A stretch of DNA of 64,000 nucleotides from a virus. Taxonomy: Duplodnaviria > Caudoviricetes. The notes under the pieces were generated by a model. It saw only the letters and a list, made by a program, of their open reading frames with translations, made no database searches and was not told the origin of the DNA. Below are positions 48,541 to 57,767 of the stretch, piece by piece. A program made the position numbers and the translations under genes. The stretch is from positions 1,912-65,911 of the IMG/VR virus record IMGVR_UViG_3300050015_000990; one strand, 5' to 3'. Each line of letters starts with the position of its first letter. Positions within the stretch are counted from its first letter, which is position 1.

Positions 48541-49841
48541 TCTTTTGGAAGTTCATCTGGTATTTCTTCACCAATAATTTCTGTTAATTCTTCGAGATCT
48601 TCTAAGGAATTAATATCAGGTAATTGAAAAGCAGGCTTGATAATTTTTTCATCAAGTTCAACAAGAATATCATGAGTAAGAACCTTTTCGGTAAAAAGAT
48701 CAAGAAGAGAAGTTTCACCTCCTAGATGTTTGCAAATAAGTTGTCTTGCAGTTGCTTTAGGCTGAGCCCAGATAAATTTATTAGGAATTTGCTCCATTTT
48801 TTCGGTTACTTTATTCTTAACAAGATCCCATCCCTGAAATGGAATACAACCTACTTTATCTTCAGTAGTAAGTTTATTATATTCCTTTTCTGTTAACATA
48901 TTTCCTCTCATAATTCCACATACATCCCAAGTAACAAATTTTTCAAGGCCAACAAAAGGATTAGGTGATTTATAAAAAGGAATATGAAGTTGAACCTTAA
49001 TTGGACGAGCAAATCTTTGTTTAACGGGGGTAACATAAATAGTAACCCCAACTCTTACAGGATCGATATTTTTTTTCTTTTGTTTTTCTTCTTCTTCAGC
49101 ATCATCAAGTTTACCTTTTGAAAGAACAAGAATGATTGAAGCATTATATTTTACCCCACCCCCTCCGGAAATTTCTTTTGCAGTAAACATACTCATTGCA
49201 TCGTAAACATGGTTATTTATAATGAAAGGAATTCCCAATTTGGCAAACTTAAGGCCATTAACCCTAAAAAGTTTTCTGATTTGCTGCTGTTTAGTCATAT
49301 CTCTTTTATTTGATCCCGAAGTACTATCTTCAACTTCTTTTTCAGAAGATAAATTTCCAAGAGAATCTAAAACAACCATTGTTTTAGGAGGTTGTTCTCC
49401 CTTAGCAATCATTGCTTCAAACATTGCAGTTATTTGAGCAGCAATATGATTAAATTCTTCAACTGTGTTTACCGGTTGAAGACGGACATGAGATGTATCT
49501 ACACCAAGACGAGTTATGAAATCTATATCAATAGATCCTTCCGAATCAAAATAAATAACATCATATCCTTGATTTTTTATTCCCTGCCGACAAATAGAAA
49601 GAGCTATATAAGTTTTGCCTGTTGACTCTTCCCCAGCAAGAACTAATGATCTTCGATTAGGAAGACCTCCAAATATTGAACCTGAAAGACAAGCATTTAA
49701 AATATAGGATCCTGTACCAATCCATTCATCTATTTTTGCAATGGGGTTAATTTCGATCATTTCCCCATCTGGAGCAATCTTATTCAACATATCATTAAGT
49801 GTTGAAAATGAAGCTTGTCCAGTAATTTTTTTCTTACCCAT
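48537..49841 (-). CDS. uvsX: RecA/UvsX-like recombinase
   Basis: 'TGSYILNACLSGSIFGGLP', Walker A 'GEESTGKT', 'FDSE', 'VLDSLG', 'NHVY', 'SGG.G.KY'. Confidence 0.93.
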   Translation of the reverse strand: MGKKKITGQASFSTLNDMLNKIAPDGEMIEINPIAKIDEWIGTGSYILNACLSGSIFGGLPNRRSLVLAGEESTGKTYIALSICRQGIKNQGYDVIYFDSEGSIDIDFITRLGVDTSHVRLQPVNTVEEFNHIAAQITAMFEAMIAKGEQPPKTMVVLDSLGNLSSEKEVEDSTSGSNKRDMTKQQQIRKLFRVNGLKFAKLGIPFIINNHVYDAMSMFTAKEISGGGGVKYNASIILVLSKGKLDDAEEEEKQKKKNIDPVRVGVTIYVTPVKQRFARPIKVQLHIPFYKSPNPFVGLEKFVTWDVCGIMRGNMLTEKEYNKLTTEDKVGCIPFQGWDLVKNKVTEKMEQIPNKFIWAQPKATARQLICKHLGGETSLLDLFTEKVLTHDILVELDEKIIKPAFQLPDINSLEDLEELTEIIGEEIPDELPKE

Positions 49842-49860
49842 AAAATTATTTATTTATTAA

Positions 49861-49888
49861 TTTTATGGTAAAAATTGTTAAAAGTTTT
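49861..49888 (-). promoter_or_regulatory. Candidate middle promoter AAAACT-N17-TAAAA
   Basis: Upstream of uvsX. Confidence 0.6.
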
Positions 49889-49919
49889 ACATTAAAACTG
49901 ATAGAAGTCGTTAATTATT

Positions 49920-50456
49920 CTATAATCCAAATTCTCCTCCACCCTCTTCTTCGGCTGGTTTTTCTTCGGCCGGCTTTTCTTCTTCTGTAGGAGTTTCTTT
50001 TACTTCTTCAATTTCGTCAAGAATAGGTTTTAGTCTCCAGAAAATTCTTTGTTCAGCTTTATCTTTTAAGATAAATCCAGCCCAATCAATTTCTTTTTTA
50101 TCGGGATCCAGAGCATCAGAAGAAATAGGCTCTGGCGGATTTACTATAAAATAATAAACTCTCTTATAAACTTTACCGGATTTATCTTTATAATCAATAT
50201 TTCTTGGTTCTGTATCTTTAACATCTTTGGGATCAATACTTAGTCCTATCTCTTCTCTAGTTTCACGTATAGCTGCAGTTAAAAGATCTTCTCCTTTTTC
50301 TACTTCCCCTTTTGGAATGCTATAAGTTCCATACCATTTTGAACCGGTTGGATGACCAAGAAGAATACTACCGTTTTGAATTATAGCTAATCCTGCGGAT
50401 AATTTAATAGGATCATTAATTTCTTGTTCAAAGATACTTTCTCTAATTACTTTCAT
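49920..50456 (-). CDS. NUDIX hydrolase
   Basis: Nudix box 'PKGEVEKGEDLLTAAIRETREEIG'. Confidence 0.9.
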   Translation of the reverse strand: MKVIRESIFEQEINDPIKLSAGLAIIQNGSILLGHPTGSKWYGTYSIPKGEVEKGEDLLTAAIRETREEIGLSIDPKDVKDTEPRNIDYKDKSGKVYKRVYYFIVNPPEPISSDALDPDKKEIDWAGFILKDKAEQRIFWRLKPILDEIEEVKETPTEEEKPAEEKPAEEEGGGEFGL

Positions 50457-50461
50457 ATTTT

Positions 50462-51280
50462 TTATAATTTTTTATACCAGTATTTCATCTTATTTATCGC
50501 ATCTTCTAAAGAATCATATGGTATTTCATCTGTCTGAGAATTAGGAAACAATCTGGAGATTTCATATCCTGCTGCCCAATTTGCTCCTCCGTTATCTGGA
50601 TCTGGTTCTGGAACATAAGCTAGATAATAAAAATATGTTGTTGCTCCATCTGTTCTTTCAATTCCTATCTCAATAAAAAGCTTTTGATTAAGCTCTTTAA
50701 TTCTCATATAGGGATTATCTTCATACTCAAGAATATCCGGACCCCACCATTCAACAGCCATTTCTTCAATAGCTTTTCTTAATTGCTTATAAGCTATTTT
50801 CATTTTTCTTCCTTGAACATCACCAAGTTCCATAGCATCTATAGGTTCTATTCCTCTCTCGAAGTTTACAGATTCCTTTAGCTTTGTTTCAGCATAATCT
50901 TTTAATCTTTCTTTTGTACTTTCATCTGTATTTGGCCATAAATCCTGGAGGGCATCTTCAACTTCTTTTATTCTTGGCTTTTCTTTGTCTATCCAATCCC
51001 CGAAAATAGAAGATGAACTAGTAGTTAAATGACCCCTTTTAACACAAAATTCAATATATTTTCTATATCCTTTAGAAGTTCCGGGAGTCATAGCATGATC
51101 AATCCATCTTTGATATTTTTTTATATCATCCTCATCAGCCCATGTTTTATGACCAATTAATTCCTTAGCCGATGGAATCTTATAAATTCCAATATTCATA
51201 GAATCTTTAGGATCCATTCCTCTTTCGAAATTTACGGATTCATTGGCTTTTAAAGGAGGAATAAGTTTAGCTGTCCAATC
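50462..51280 (-). CDS. FERG-tag two-module protein; lacks its own ATG leader and is in frame with 51281..51634
   Basis: Upstream of the track's ATG (51217) the frame reads DWTAKLIPPLKANESVNFERG-MDPKDSMNIG. Internal LKESVNFERGIEPIDAMELG. Confidence 0.75.
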   Translation of the reverse strand, partial: DWTAKLIPPLKANESVNFERGMDPKDSMNIGIYKIPSAKELIGHKTWADEDDIKKYQRWIDHAMTPGTSKGYRKYIEFCVKRGHLTTSSSSIFGDWIDKEKPRIKEVEDALQDLWPNTDESTKERLKDYAETKLKESVNFERGIEPIDAMELGDVQGRKMKIAYKQLRKAIEEMAVEWWGPDILEYEDNPYMRIKELNQKLFIEIGIERTDGATTYFYYLAYVPEPDPDNGGANWAAGYEISRLFPNSQTDEIPYDSLEDAINKMKYWYKKL

Positions 51281-51634
51281 CTATTTATTAAGAAAGATTC
51301 TTGTTTTTAACATTGCTTTTTCTAGAGTTCCAGCAGGATTTTGATCCTCAATATTGTCGGTTTTAATATTAGAATATCCTGCCCAATAATGTTCTCTTTC
51401 TTTGTCATAATAAATCCAATATTTATAAGGATGAACAAGATTTGGTTGTTTGCCATTAAATTCCACTAAAATACCTTCTTCTTTCAGTTGTGTTTGAATT
51501 GTCTTTAAATCAAGATTATAGTCTCGGCAAATTATTCGAACTCCTTGTTCCATTCGATCTCTAATTCGAAGAAATTTATTGCCAATATCCATAGCAGTTT
51601 TAGGATCTTCGCCTCTTATAAAATGTGCTCTCAT
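51281..51634 (-). CDS. FERG-tag family protein (FIRG variant)
   Basis: MRAHFIRGEDPKTAMDIG. Confidence 0.85.
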   Translation of the reverse strand: MRAHFIRGEDPKTAMDIGNKFLRIRDRMEQGVRIICRDYNLDLKTIQTQLKEEGILVEFNGKQPNLVHPYKYWIYYDKEREHYWAGYSNIKTDNIEDQNPAGTLEKAMLKTRIFLNK

Positions 51635-52041
51635 ATATTTTCAATCCATCCTTTTAGTTTAGAAACAGCCGGGTCTAAATTCCTATAGGTACTCATGTCC
51701 GATGCCCCCCTTGCAACTTTAGCCCATTTGGCAACAAATTTTTGGGGTACCTCCTCATTTAAAGGATTTCCTACCCAATTCAAAGAAAAATAATATTCTT
51801 TATATTCTAAGTTCACATCAATTGCATCTGTTTCCCATTGCCCTCTATTTGCAAATCCCTGATTTATTTCTCGATATTCTATTTCAAATTTTGGTTTAAA
51901 ATATGTTTGTATTGAGTTTTCTATAAGCTTTTCGAATTCCTTTACAAGAATATCTGCAATACGTTTTAGTTTTCTTCCTCTAACATCTCCGAGATTCATT
52001 GCATCCATAGGGTCTTCCCCTCTTATAAAATGTGCTCTCAT
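51631..52041 (-). CDS. FERG-tag family protein (FIRG variant)
   Basis: MRAHFIRGEDPMDAMNLG. Confidence 0.85.
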   Translation of the reverse strand: MRAHFIRGEDPMDAMNLGDVRGRKLKRIADILVKEFEKLIENSIQTYFKPKFEIEYREINQGFANRGQWETDAIDVNLEYKEYYFSLNWVGNPLNEEVPQKFVAKWAKVARGASDMSTYRNLDPAVSKLKGWIENI

Positions 52042-52436
52042 ATTATATTAGAATTTTTTTCGTAAAATTCTATTTGTTTAATAAGTGTGTCAATAGTTTC
52101 AAATGCTAAATGATCTTCTCGCCCCCTACTAGAAATAAGAGTCATTTCATATCTTGGAGCAAAATATGTTACTTCTAAGGTATAAGTGTTCATATGTTTT
52201 GTTCTAAAATTTACTTTATAAAAAGAAATATCATCCCTGGTTGTTATATTTTGAGTTTTTCGAGAAAATCTAGAAGATAATTCTTTAGCTGCATTATAGA
52301 TTTCATCTCTTCTTATACTAAATTCTGCTTTTTTTCTCTTACACTCTCTTCCTCCTACATCACCAATCCCCATAGCATCTTTAGGATCTTGTCCTCTTTC
52401 AAAGTTAATATTTTCAAATACTTTCGAAGCTCTCAT
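52038..52436 (-). CDS. FERG-tag family protein
   Basis: MRASKVFENINFERGQDPKDAMGIG; start reassigned to 52436. Confidence 0.85.
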   Translation of the reverse strand: MRASKVFENINFERGQDPKDAMGIGDVGGRECKRKKAEFSIRRDEIYNAAKELSSRFSRKTQNITTRDDISFYKVNFRTKHMNTYTLEVTYFAPRYEMTLISSRGREDHLAFETIDTLIKQIEFYEKNSNII

Positions 52437-52816
52437 TATTTTTTTTGATTTAACCAATTTTCTAATCTATAAGTAGAATCGTCTATTGTTTCATCTAAAG
52501 ATTCTTCGACATCATTTAATTCTTCTACTCCCTTGTTATTATAATCAACATCTTTATACCCAGAATAGAAACGATCTTTCATTGTATCATATCCCATATA
52601 CCAAAAGTAACCCCGGTAATAAAACCCGCATTCAATATATGGACCTTATTGTCCTGTACGATCCTCTATTGGAAACCTTCCATTCAAATTTATGGTTAAA
52701 TCCTTTAAAGCAGCAATAATCGGTCTTTTCCAAGCAAGAGATTTTCTTTGTTCGGCTCTCCCTATATCTAAAGAATCTAATGGATTTTCATTATGTCTTA
52801 TAAATTGAGCTCTCAT
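52436..52816 (-). pseudogene. FERG-tag family gene (FIRH variant) with an in-frame TAA at 52646-52648
   Basis: MRAQFIRHNENPLDSLDIG...RTGQ*GPYIECGFYYRGYFWYMGYD...RFYSGY...RLENWLNQKK*. The distal half resembles neighbouring cargos and ends in a TAATG overlap. Confidence 0.75.
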
Positions 52817-53229
52817 ATTCCTTCTTTGATCCATTTTTTTATCTGTTCTAAACAATCCTCAAGTTTCCCAAGAGTAGAAGGACTCGAACCTTCACGTCTT
52901 TCCCAAATCCAATTTCCATCTCCTAAATTATATCCACACAAAAACATTTTAAATCCTCTATTTCCCTCTGAATATCCTATAATATATTCGCATTCTTTCT
53001 TTTTCATTGTTTCCATAAAGTTCAATCCTACATTTTCTATATTTGATTTTTCATCTTTGTAATAAAAATCCCTTATCTCTCTAGGATTAAATTTATTTTT
53101 TTTCATAAAGGGAATGATAACATCGTTTTTTAATTCTGAAAAGTATTTTCTCATTTTTCTCTCTTCTACTCGACCTATATCTAGAGTATCCAAAGGATTT
53201 TCATTATGTCTTATAAATTGAGCTCTCAT
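52813..53229 (-). CDS. FERG-tag family protein (FIRH variant)
   Basis: MRAQFIRHNENPLDTLDIG. Confidence 0.85.
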   Translation of the reverse strand: MRAQFIRHNENPLDTLDIGRVEERKMRKYFSELKNDVIIPFMKKNKFNPREIRDFYYKDEKSNIENVGLNFMETMKKKECEYIIGYSEGNRGFKMFLCGYNLGDGNWIWERREGSSPSTLGKLEDCLEQIKKWIKEGI

Positions 53230-53660
53230 TGGCATTTTTTGTTTTTGCTGTCTTTAGAGTTTTTTTTCGAATTTGCAGTTATATAACTCTTGATCCTCGA
53301 TTTTAATATTTTAGTAATATTTTGAATACTATTATCATCTGTCCATTTATTTGATTGCCATTCTAAAGTTCCCGATGTCTCATCATCATATCTATACCAT
53401 TGAAGAAAATGTTTATATTTTCCAGCTGGATCATCCGCTAAGTCAAAATGCATTTCAAAAATATATTTTCCTTTTTTAAATATTATTTTTGGATCCAATA
53501 CATTTTTCATATTATTTTTAACTTCCTTATATTCTAAAAAAATAAATCCCGGAAAAGATTCAACAGTAGTTTTGATTAATTTTATTTTTCTACCCTCAAT
53601 ATCGCCAAGATTTAAAGTATCTAAAGGATTTTCATTATGTCTTACAAATTGAGCTCTCAC
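53226..53660 (-). CDS. FERG-tag family protein (FVRH variant)
   Basis: MRAQFVRHNENPLDTLNLG; GTG start. Confidence 0.85.
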   Translation of the reverse strand: MRAQFVRHNENPLDTLNLGDIEGRKIKLIKTTVESFPGFIFLEYKEVKNNMKNVLDPKIIFKKGKYIFEMHFDLADDPAGKYKHFLQWYRYDDETSGTLEWQSNKWTDDNSIQNITKILKSRIKSYITANSKKNSKDSKNKKCQ

Positions 53661-53700
53661 AAGAAGATTTTATTTATTTATTCAATAAAAAAAGGGAGTG

Positions 53701-54438
53701 TTATTCCCTTTCGCCAATTCCATAATCAATTGCTATTTTTTCATCTCCAATATTAGTAGCTTTATTTTGCATAATCTGACAGACCTCATAGAGATTTATC
53801 GGTCTCCATCCCCCTCCTGGAAATTGATGTATTTCTGAATTATCTATACCTACATCAAAGGCAAGGCCAGGAAGCTTGTATCGACCATGTACGTGACCGT
53901 ATAAGTGCCATGCACCGTGAGGTTTTCTATTCCATGATGCAAGGGGATAATGGGATAATACAATGTGTATATTTAAACCAAATTGGGAAAATGTAAAATC
54001 TTTTATTTGGGTAATTTGAGCAAACTGAGGTAAACCTGCAGCACTTTTATCATGGTTACCCAATATCATGAATTTTTCTCCATTAAGTCTATTGATGAAT
54101 TTTTCGGTAGTAACCCTATTTGCAAAGGAAAGATCCCCAAGAATATAAACTGTATGTTTTCTCTGAATCCATTTATTCCAAACTTCTTTAATAAGCCATT
54201 CTTCATGAGCAATATCAATCATTTCCTTATACCACTTATTATTCATATTTCTTTGATCCTCCGGAATTCCAGCAAGATCCTGAGATGATAAGTATACGGG
54301 GCGATTACAGATACTCACTATTTTTGGATGTGCATAATGTAAATCTGCAGTAAACCAGATGGTTTCCATAACCCTCTGTGCTTCTGGTGTTATTAATGAT
54401 AAAATTTTAGAGGTTGAATGATCCATTTTTAAATGCAT
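53701..54438 (-). CDS. Calcineurin-like metallophosphoesterase
   Basis: 'ADLHYAH', 'LGD', 'GNHD', 'SHYP', 'GHVHG'. Confidence 0.88.
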   Translation of the reverse strand: MHLKMDHSTSKILSLITPEAQRVMETIWFTADLHYAHPKIVSICNRPVYLSSQDLAGIPEDQRNMNNKWYKEMIDIAHEEWLIKEVWNKWIQRKHTVYILGDLSFANRVTTEKFINRLNGEKFMILGNHDKSAAGLPQFAQITQIKDFTFSQFGLNIHIVLSHYPLASWNRKPHGAWHLYGHVHGRYKLPGLAFDVGIDNSEIHQFPGGGWRPINLYEVCQIMQNKATNIGDEKIAIDYGIGERE

Positions 54439-54766
54439 GTATTATTTCAATATGTCCGATAATGTTTTTATTAAATTCATTTAGATCCTCGGCCGGAATC
54501 CAATATTCAGTATGTATATCAGCACCAACTTTCTGGACAGAATATTTTTTCAAAAAATTTTCATTAACTTTAAATCGAAGAGTATAACCAGCACCATAAG
54601 CATTTACATTCCAGCATAATGTTATATGATCCGCATATTCTCTATTTGTAATGGGATAAAAAAAGGGTTGTTCTGGCAGTCTTGGGGGAAAAGCCTCCCA
54701 CCTTAATGCTGCGATTAAATCCAATTCCGCTTTATTAACGGGTCTATATAATATTTTTGTCTTCAG
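54407..54766 (-). CDS. Conserved protein of the RLPEQPxFYP family (often labelled ADP-ribosylation/crystallin J1-associated)
   Basis: 'FPPRLPEQPFFYPITNREYA', 'EYWIPAEDLNEFN.NIIG.IE'. The frame extends upstream through KTKILYRPV to a CTG overlapping the previous stop. Confidence 0.7.
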   Translation of the reverse strand: MKTKILYRPVNKAELDLIAALRWEAFPPRLPEQPFFYPITNREYADHITLCWNVNAYGAGYTLRFKVNENFLKKYSVQKVGADIHTEYWIPAEDLNEFNKNIIGHIEIIHAFKNGSFNL

Positions 54767-55683
54767 TTGATTAATCGTGGATAAAATGATTCATTGGCAG
54801 TAGATTCTGCATAATCCTCTTGCGAGTATTCTTGTTCGGATCTATAAGGTATTTCATCCTTTGGTTCTGATAAAGTTTCTGGTTCTTCTACTTTTGGAGC
54901 AAGATCTTTTAGTCTGCTTATGATTGTTTGTTTTTCTCCTCTGAATTCATTATAATCCTTTATTGTAAAAACACAATCGTGAAATTCTTCTTTATCAATA
55001 AATGGAGGATAAGGTCCCTTTAAAGTAAAAGTATTATCCTCTTCATCTACAAATTTCGTAATATTAAAATCACCCCATTGAGTATCTCCGACTCGTCTTG
55101 TAAATATCAATTTAATTTTTCTACGTATTTTATCTCCTTTATTTCCAAAAAAATCTGATTTTTCAGCTGACCTAGCTTGTTCTTCTGCCCAACCTTCTTT
55201 TTTCTTAGCATAGTCATAATCCTTCTTAGAAAATAATTGATCTTTATATTCTAAAATAAGCCCTTTTTCTAAAAGTATAGATTGTATCTTTTGAAAGAAT
55301 TCCTCATCCTTTTCTTTTCTTTGTATCTTATTAGCATTCCAAAACCATATAGAATAACTTTTGACCCTTTCATTATCCCAATCCATATATCGGATATCCT
55401 GATCTCTAAATTGACCAAATTGCCACTTCCAAGCTTTATCTGGATCCTTAGCTTTTCTAGTTATTTCTTTTAAAGGAGCAGAGTTAACTTCAAAATCAGT
55501 ATTGCCTAAGTATTCTTCAGCTTTTTTCTTTGCTTCTTCTAAATCTGTACTTAAAACCTTAACAAGATTATCAAATGGATAATTACCTGAAGCATATCCT
55601 CTAAGGCCTTTAACTCTCAGAACATACATTTTCTCCTTTGCTCCAGGAGTTATATAATATCTTTTGTTGATAATTCCAGCCAT
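54763..55683 (-). CDS. Hypothetical protein with OB-fold-like C-terminal domain
   Basis: 'SDFFGNKGDKI...TQWG...KFVDE...TIKDYNEFRGEKQTIISR'. Confidence 0.55.
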   Translation of the reverse strand: MAGIINKRYYITPGAKEKMYVLRVKGLRGYASGNYPFDNLVKVLSTDLEEAKKKAEEYLGNTDFEVNSAPLKEITRKAKDPDKAWKWQFGQFRDQDIRYMDWDNERVKSYSIWFWNANKIQRKEKDEEFFQKIQSILLEKGLILEYKDQLFSKKDYDYAKKKEGWAEEQARSAEKSDFFGNKGDKIRRKIKLIFTRRVGDTQWGDFNITKFVDEEDNTFTLKGPYPPFIDKEEFHDCVFTIKDYNEFRGEKQTIISRLKDLAPKVEEPETLSEPKDEIPYRSEQEYSQEDYAESTANESFYPRLIN

Positions 55684-55762
55684 AAAGTAATAGATTATTT
55701 TATCTATTTATTTAAGACAAATATACAAATAAAATCCTAATCTATTATAAAATATGGAATTT

Positions 55763-56086
55763 TTATCGGTTATCACCAGATCCGTGTTGAACATTTCTGT
55801 TTAATCTATCCCTAATTTTTTCTAAATTAAGAATAGCAATTTCATCTAAGGTACATTCTAAATTGCCAGCCATTTTTGCAATATACCACATAATATCGCC
55901 TAATTCTTTTTTTAAGAGATTTTTTCTTCCTTCGGTTAATATACCGTCGTCATCTCTCCACATTTTTTTAACATGATCAGCTACTTCTCCTGCTTCTCCT
56001 GTTATTCCTAAAGCACAATAGGTAACATCATCTCCTTCATAAAATGCTGTTTTTTCTGCTGCTTCTTGATACTCGTTTAGCGTCAT
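55763..56086 (-). CDS. mazG: MazG-like nucleotide pyrophosphohydrolase
   Basis: 'LGITGEAGEVADHVKK', 'KELGDIMWY', 'NLEKIRDR..R...GSGDNR'. Confidence 0.9.
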   Translation of the reverse strand: MTLNEYQEAAEKTAFYEGDDVTYCALGITGEAGEVADHVKKMWRDDDGILTEGRKNLLKKELGDIMWYIAKMAGNLECTLDEIAILNLEKIRDRLNRNVQHGSGDNR

Positions 56087-56089
56087 AAT

Positions 56090-56329
56090 TTAATAATATT
56101 CTGATTCAAGATTATATGTATAATTATCTAAAGTTGTTTTTTGAATAATATAGCAACCATAAATAACCTCAGAAGCATTTGATAAATTTTGAAGTTGCTC
56201 AATTATTTCTTCTTTTCGTTCTTTTACAGCTTGTTCCATTGCTAACAATGCAATGCTATTCCAACTTTGGCAATTATCTTTTGCAGCTTGTTTAGAAATT
56301 TCTTCTAATATTTCTTCTAATTTTCTCAT
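56090..56329 (-). CDS. Hypothetical protein
   Basis: Short ORF within the operon. Confidence 0.5.
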   Translation of the reverse strand: MRKLEEILEEISKQAAKDNCQSWNSIALLAMEQAVKERKEEIIEQLQNLSNASEVIYGCYIIQKTTLDNYTYNLESEYY

Positions 56330-56331
56330 TT

Positions 56332-57507
56332 TTAAAATAAGCTTTTTGCGTAAATAAGATTTCCTGGAACTGGACTATAGCCAAGAGCTTCAATAAATCT
56401 ATTGAATGGTTCTACTATAGTTTTTTCAAATTGCAAATCATAATTTATTTCCGGAGCAAATTCATGTGGAAAATTGCCTGGCAAAAATCCAAATACCTCA
56501 TCATCGGATTTACAATAATAAAACTTAATTTTATCTCCAGTTTTTATTAAATTGTATTTTCCTTTCCATTTTGAATTCTGAAGTTTGTGATTATAGACTG
56601 CTCCAGATCTAATGTTTATAGGACATTTTTCAGCAAGTGTTATTTGCTTTTTGTCTTCCAAACAATATTTTTCGTATTCCCCAATTCCCATTCCTTTACA
56701 AATATCATCGGGTTTTTGTAATATGAATTGCTGTTTATATTCTTTAAGTTTTTTCACAGCATCACTATAATTTAATCCTTTTCCTTTTTCAAAAATATAT
56801 TTTGTTAAATCCTTAAGAACTTTACGAGCAAATTTCGGAGTTGAACTTTGAACAATTTCTACTCCAGTTGAAGATATTTTTTCTTGTGGTTTAAATTCTA
56901 CCCCAGGATCTTTCCAAGCCAGATCAAGAACATATTTCTTTTTAGCCATCATTAAAGCATTATAAGAAATCTTTTCAAGTTCAAGATTTTGTAAATTTAC
57001 TGTATTAAATTTTTTAGCATATTCCCCAAATCTTTCTTTAAAATAGCCATTTAGGCGAAGCTTTTTAATTTGGAGAATAAATTCAACAGGATTGCCATTC
57101 CAGTCACATGATTTAAGAACTGGTTCAAAAGTAACATAAGTAGAATCAGTATCATTGTAAATAACTAAGCTCTTATTAGTAATTTGTTGAACTTTTGTTA
57201 ATCCCAATTCCTTATGGAGTTGAGTATCCTTATGCCATATATTAAGAAAATAATCATCCAAAATATTATTTGTATAGTGTATAATATCTTGTCCTTGAAG
57301 AGTTACAGCTTCTGCAACATAAATGTTATATCCAACAAAATAAGGAGAAGCACAAGCTCCATAAATGCTATTTATAAATATCTTTATTGAATGCTGCAAT
57401 CCGTTATATTCATCTACAATTGATCTTAATTTTTGGATTTCTTTTTTAAGTTCTTCTGTAGTACAATTGGTAGGATCAATCTTTGATAATTTGAATTCAT
57501 ATGCCAT
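56332..57507 (-). CDS. Family B DNA polymerase, C-terminal subunit (split gp43)
   Basis: Motif B 'KIFINSIYG', motif C 'YNDTDS', 'KKKY', 'GVEIVQSSTP'. Motif A and the exonuclease domain are absent. Confidence 0.88.
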   Translation of the reverse strand: MAYEFKLSKIDPTNCTTEELKKEIQKLRSIVDEYNGLQHSIKIFINSIYGACASPYFVGYNIYVAEAVTLQGQDIIHYTNNILDDYFLNIWHKDTQLHKELGLTKVQQITNKSLVIYNDTDSTYVTFEPVLKSCDWNGNPVEFILQIKKLRLNGYFKERFGEYAKKFNTVNLQNLELEKISYNALMMAKKKYVLDLAWKDPGVEFKPQEKISSTGVEIVQSSTPKFARKVLKDLTKYIFEKGKGLNYSDAVKKLKEYKQQFILQKPDDICKGMGIGEYEKYCLEDKKQITLAEKCPINIRSGAVYNHKLQNSKWKGKYNLIKTGDKIKFYYCKSDDEVFGFLPGNFPHEFAPEINYDLQFEKTIVEPFNRFIEALGYSPVPGNLIYAKSLF

Positions 57508-57718
57508 ACAAGATTTATTATTTGTATGTTTTGAGAAATGGATAGTTTTAATTTTCACAAACCATTAACGAGCTATTAATTAATGACTTTATAAACTGAT
57601 TTCCACATTTGTTTAATAGAAAGTCTGGATTCTTTAAGTTTACGAGTTACCCATGCAAACCAAATAAAAGCTTCAATTCTTCTAAATATTTTCACTTATT
57701 TAAACTTTATATTTAAAA

Positions 57719-57743
57719 AATTAGGGGCTCAACACCCCTAATT
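57719..57743 (-). terminator. Intrinsic terminator
   Basis: AATTAGGGG-ctcaaca-CCCCTAATT followed by a T run on the minus strand. Confidence 0.65.
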
Positions 57744-57767
57744 CAAAAATAAAATAATTTATCTACT

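Noticed and set aside
52875-52895. Perfect tRNA T-arm (GAAGG-TTCGAGT-CCTTC, minus strand)
   Set aside because: It lies inside ORF 52813..53229 with no matching D-arm or acceptor stem, so it is probably chance.
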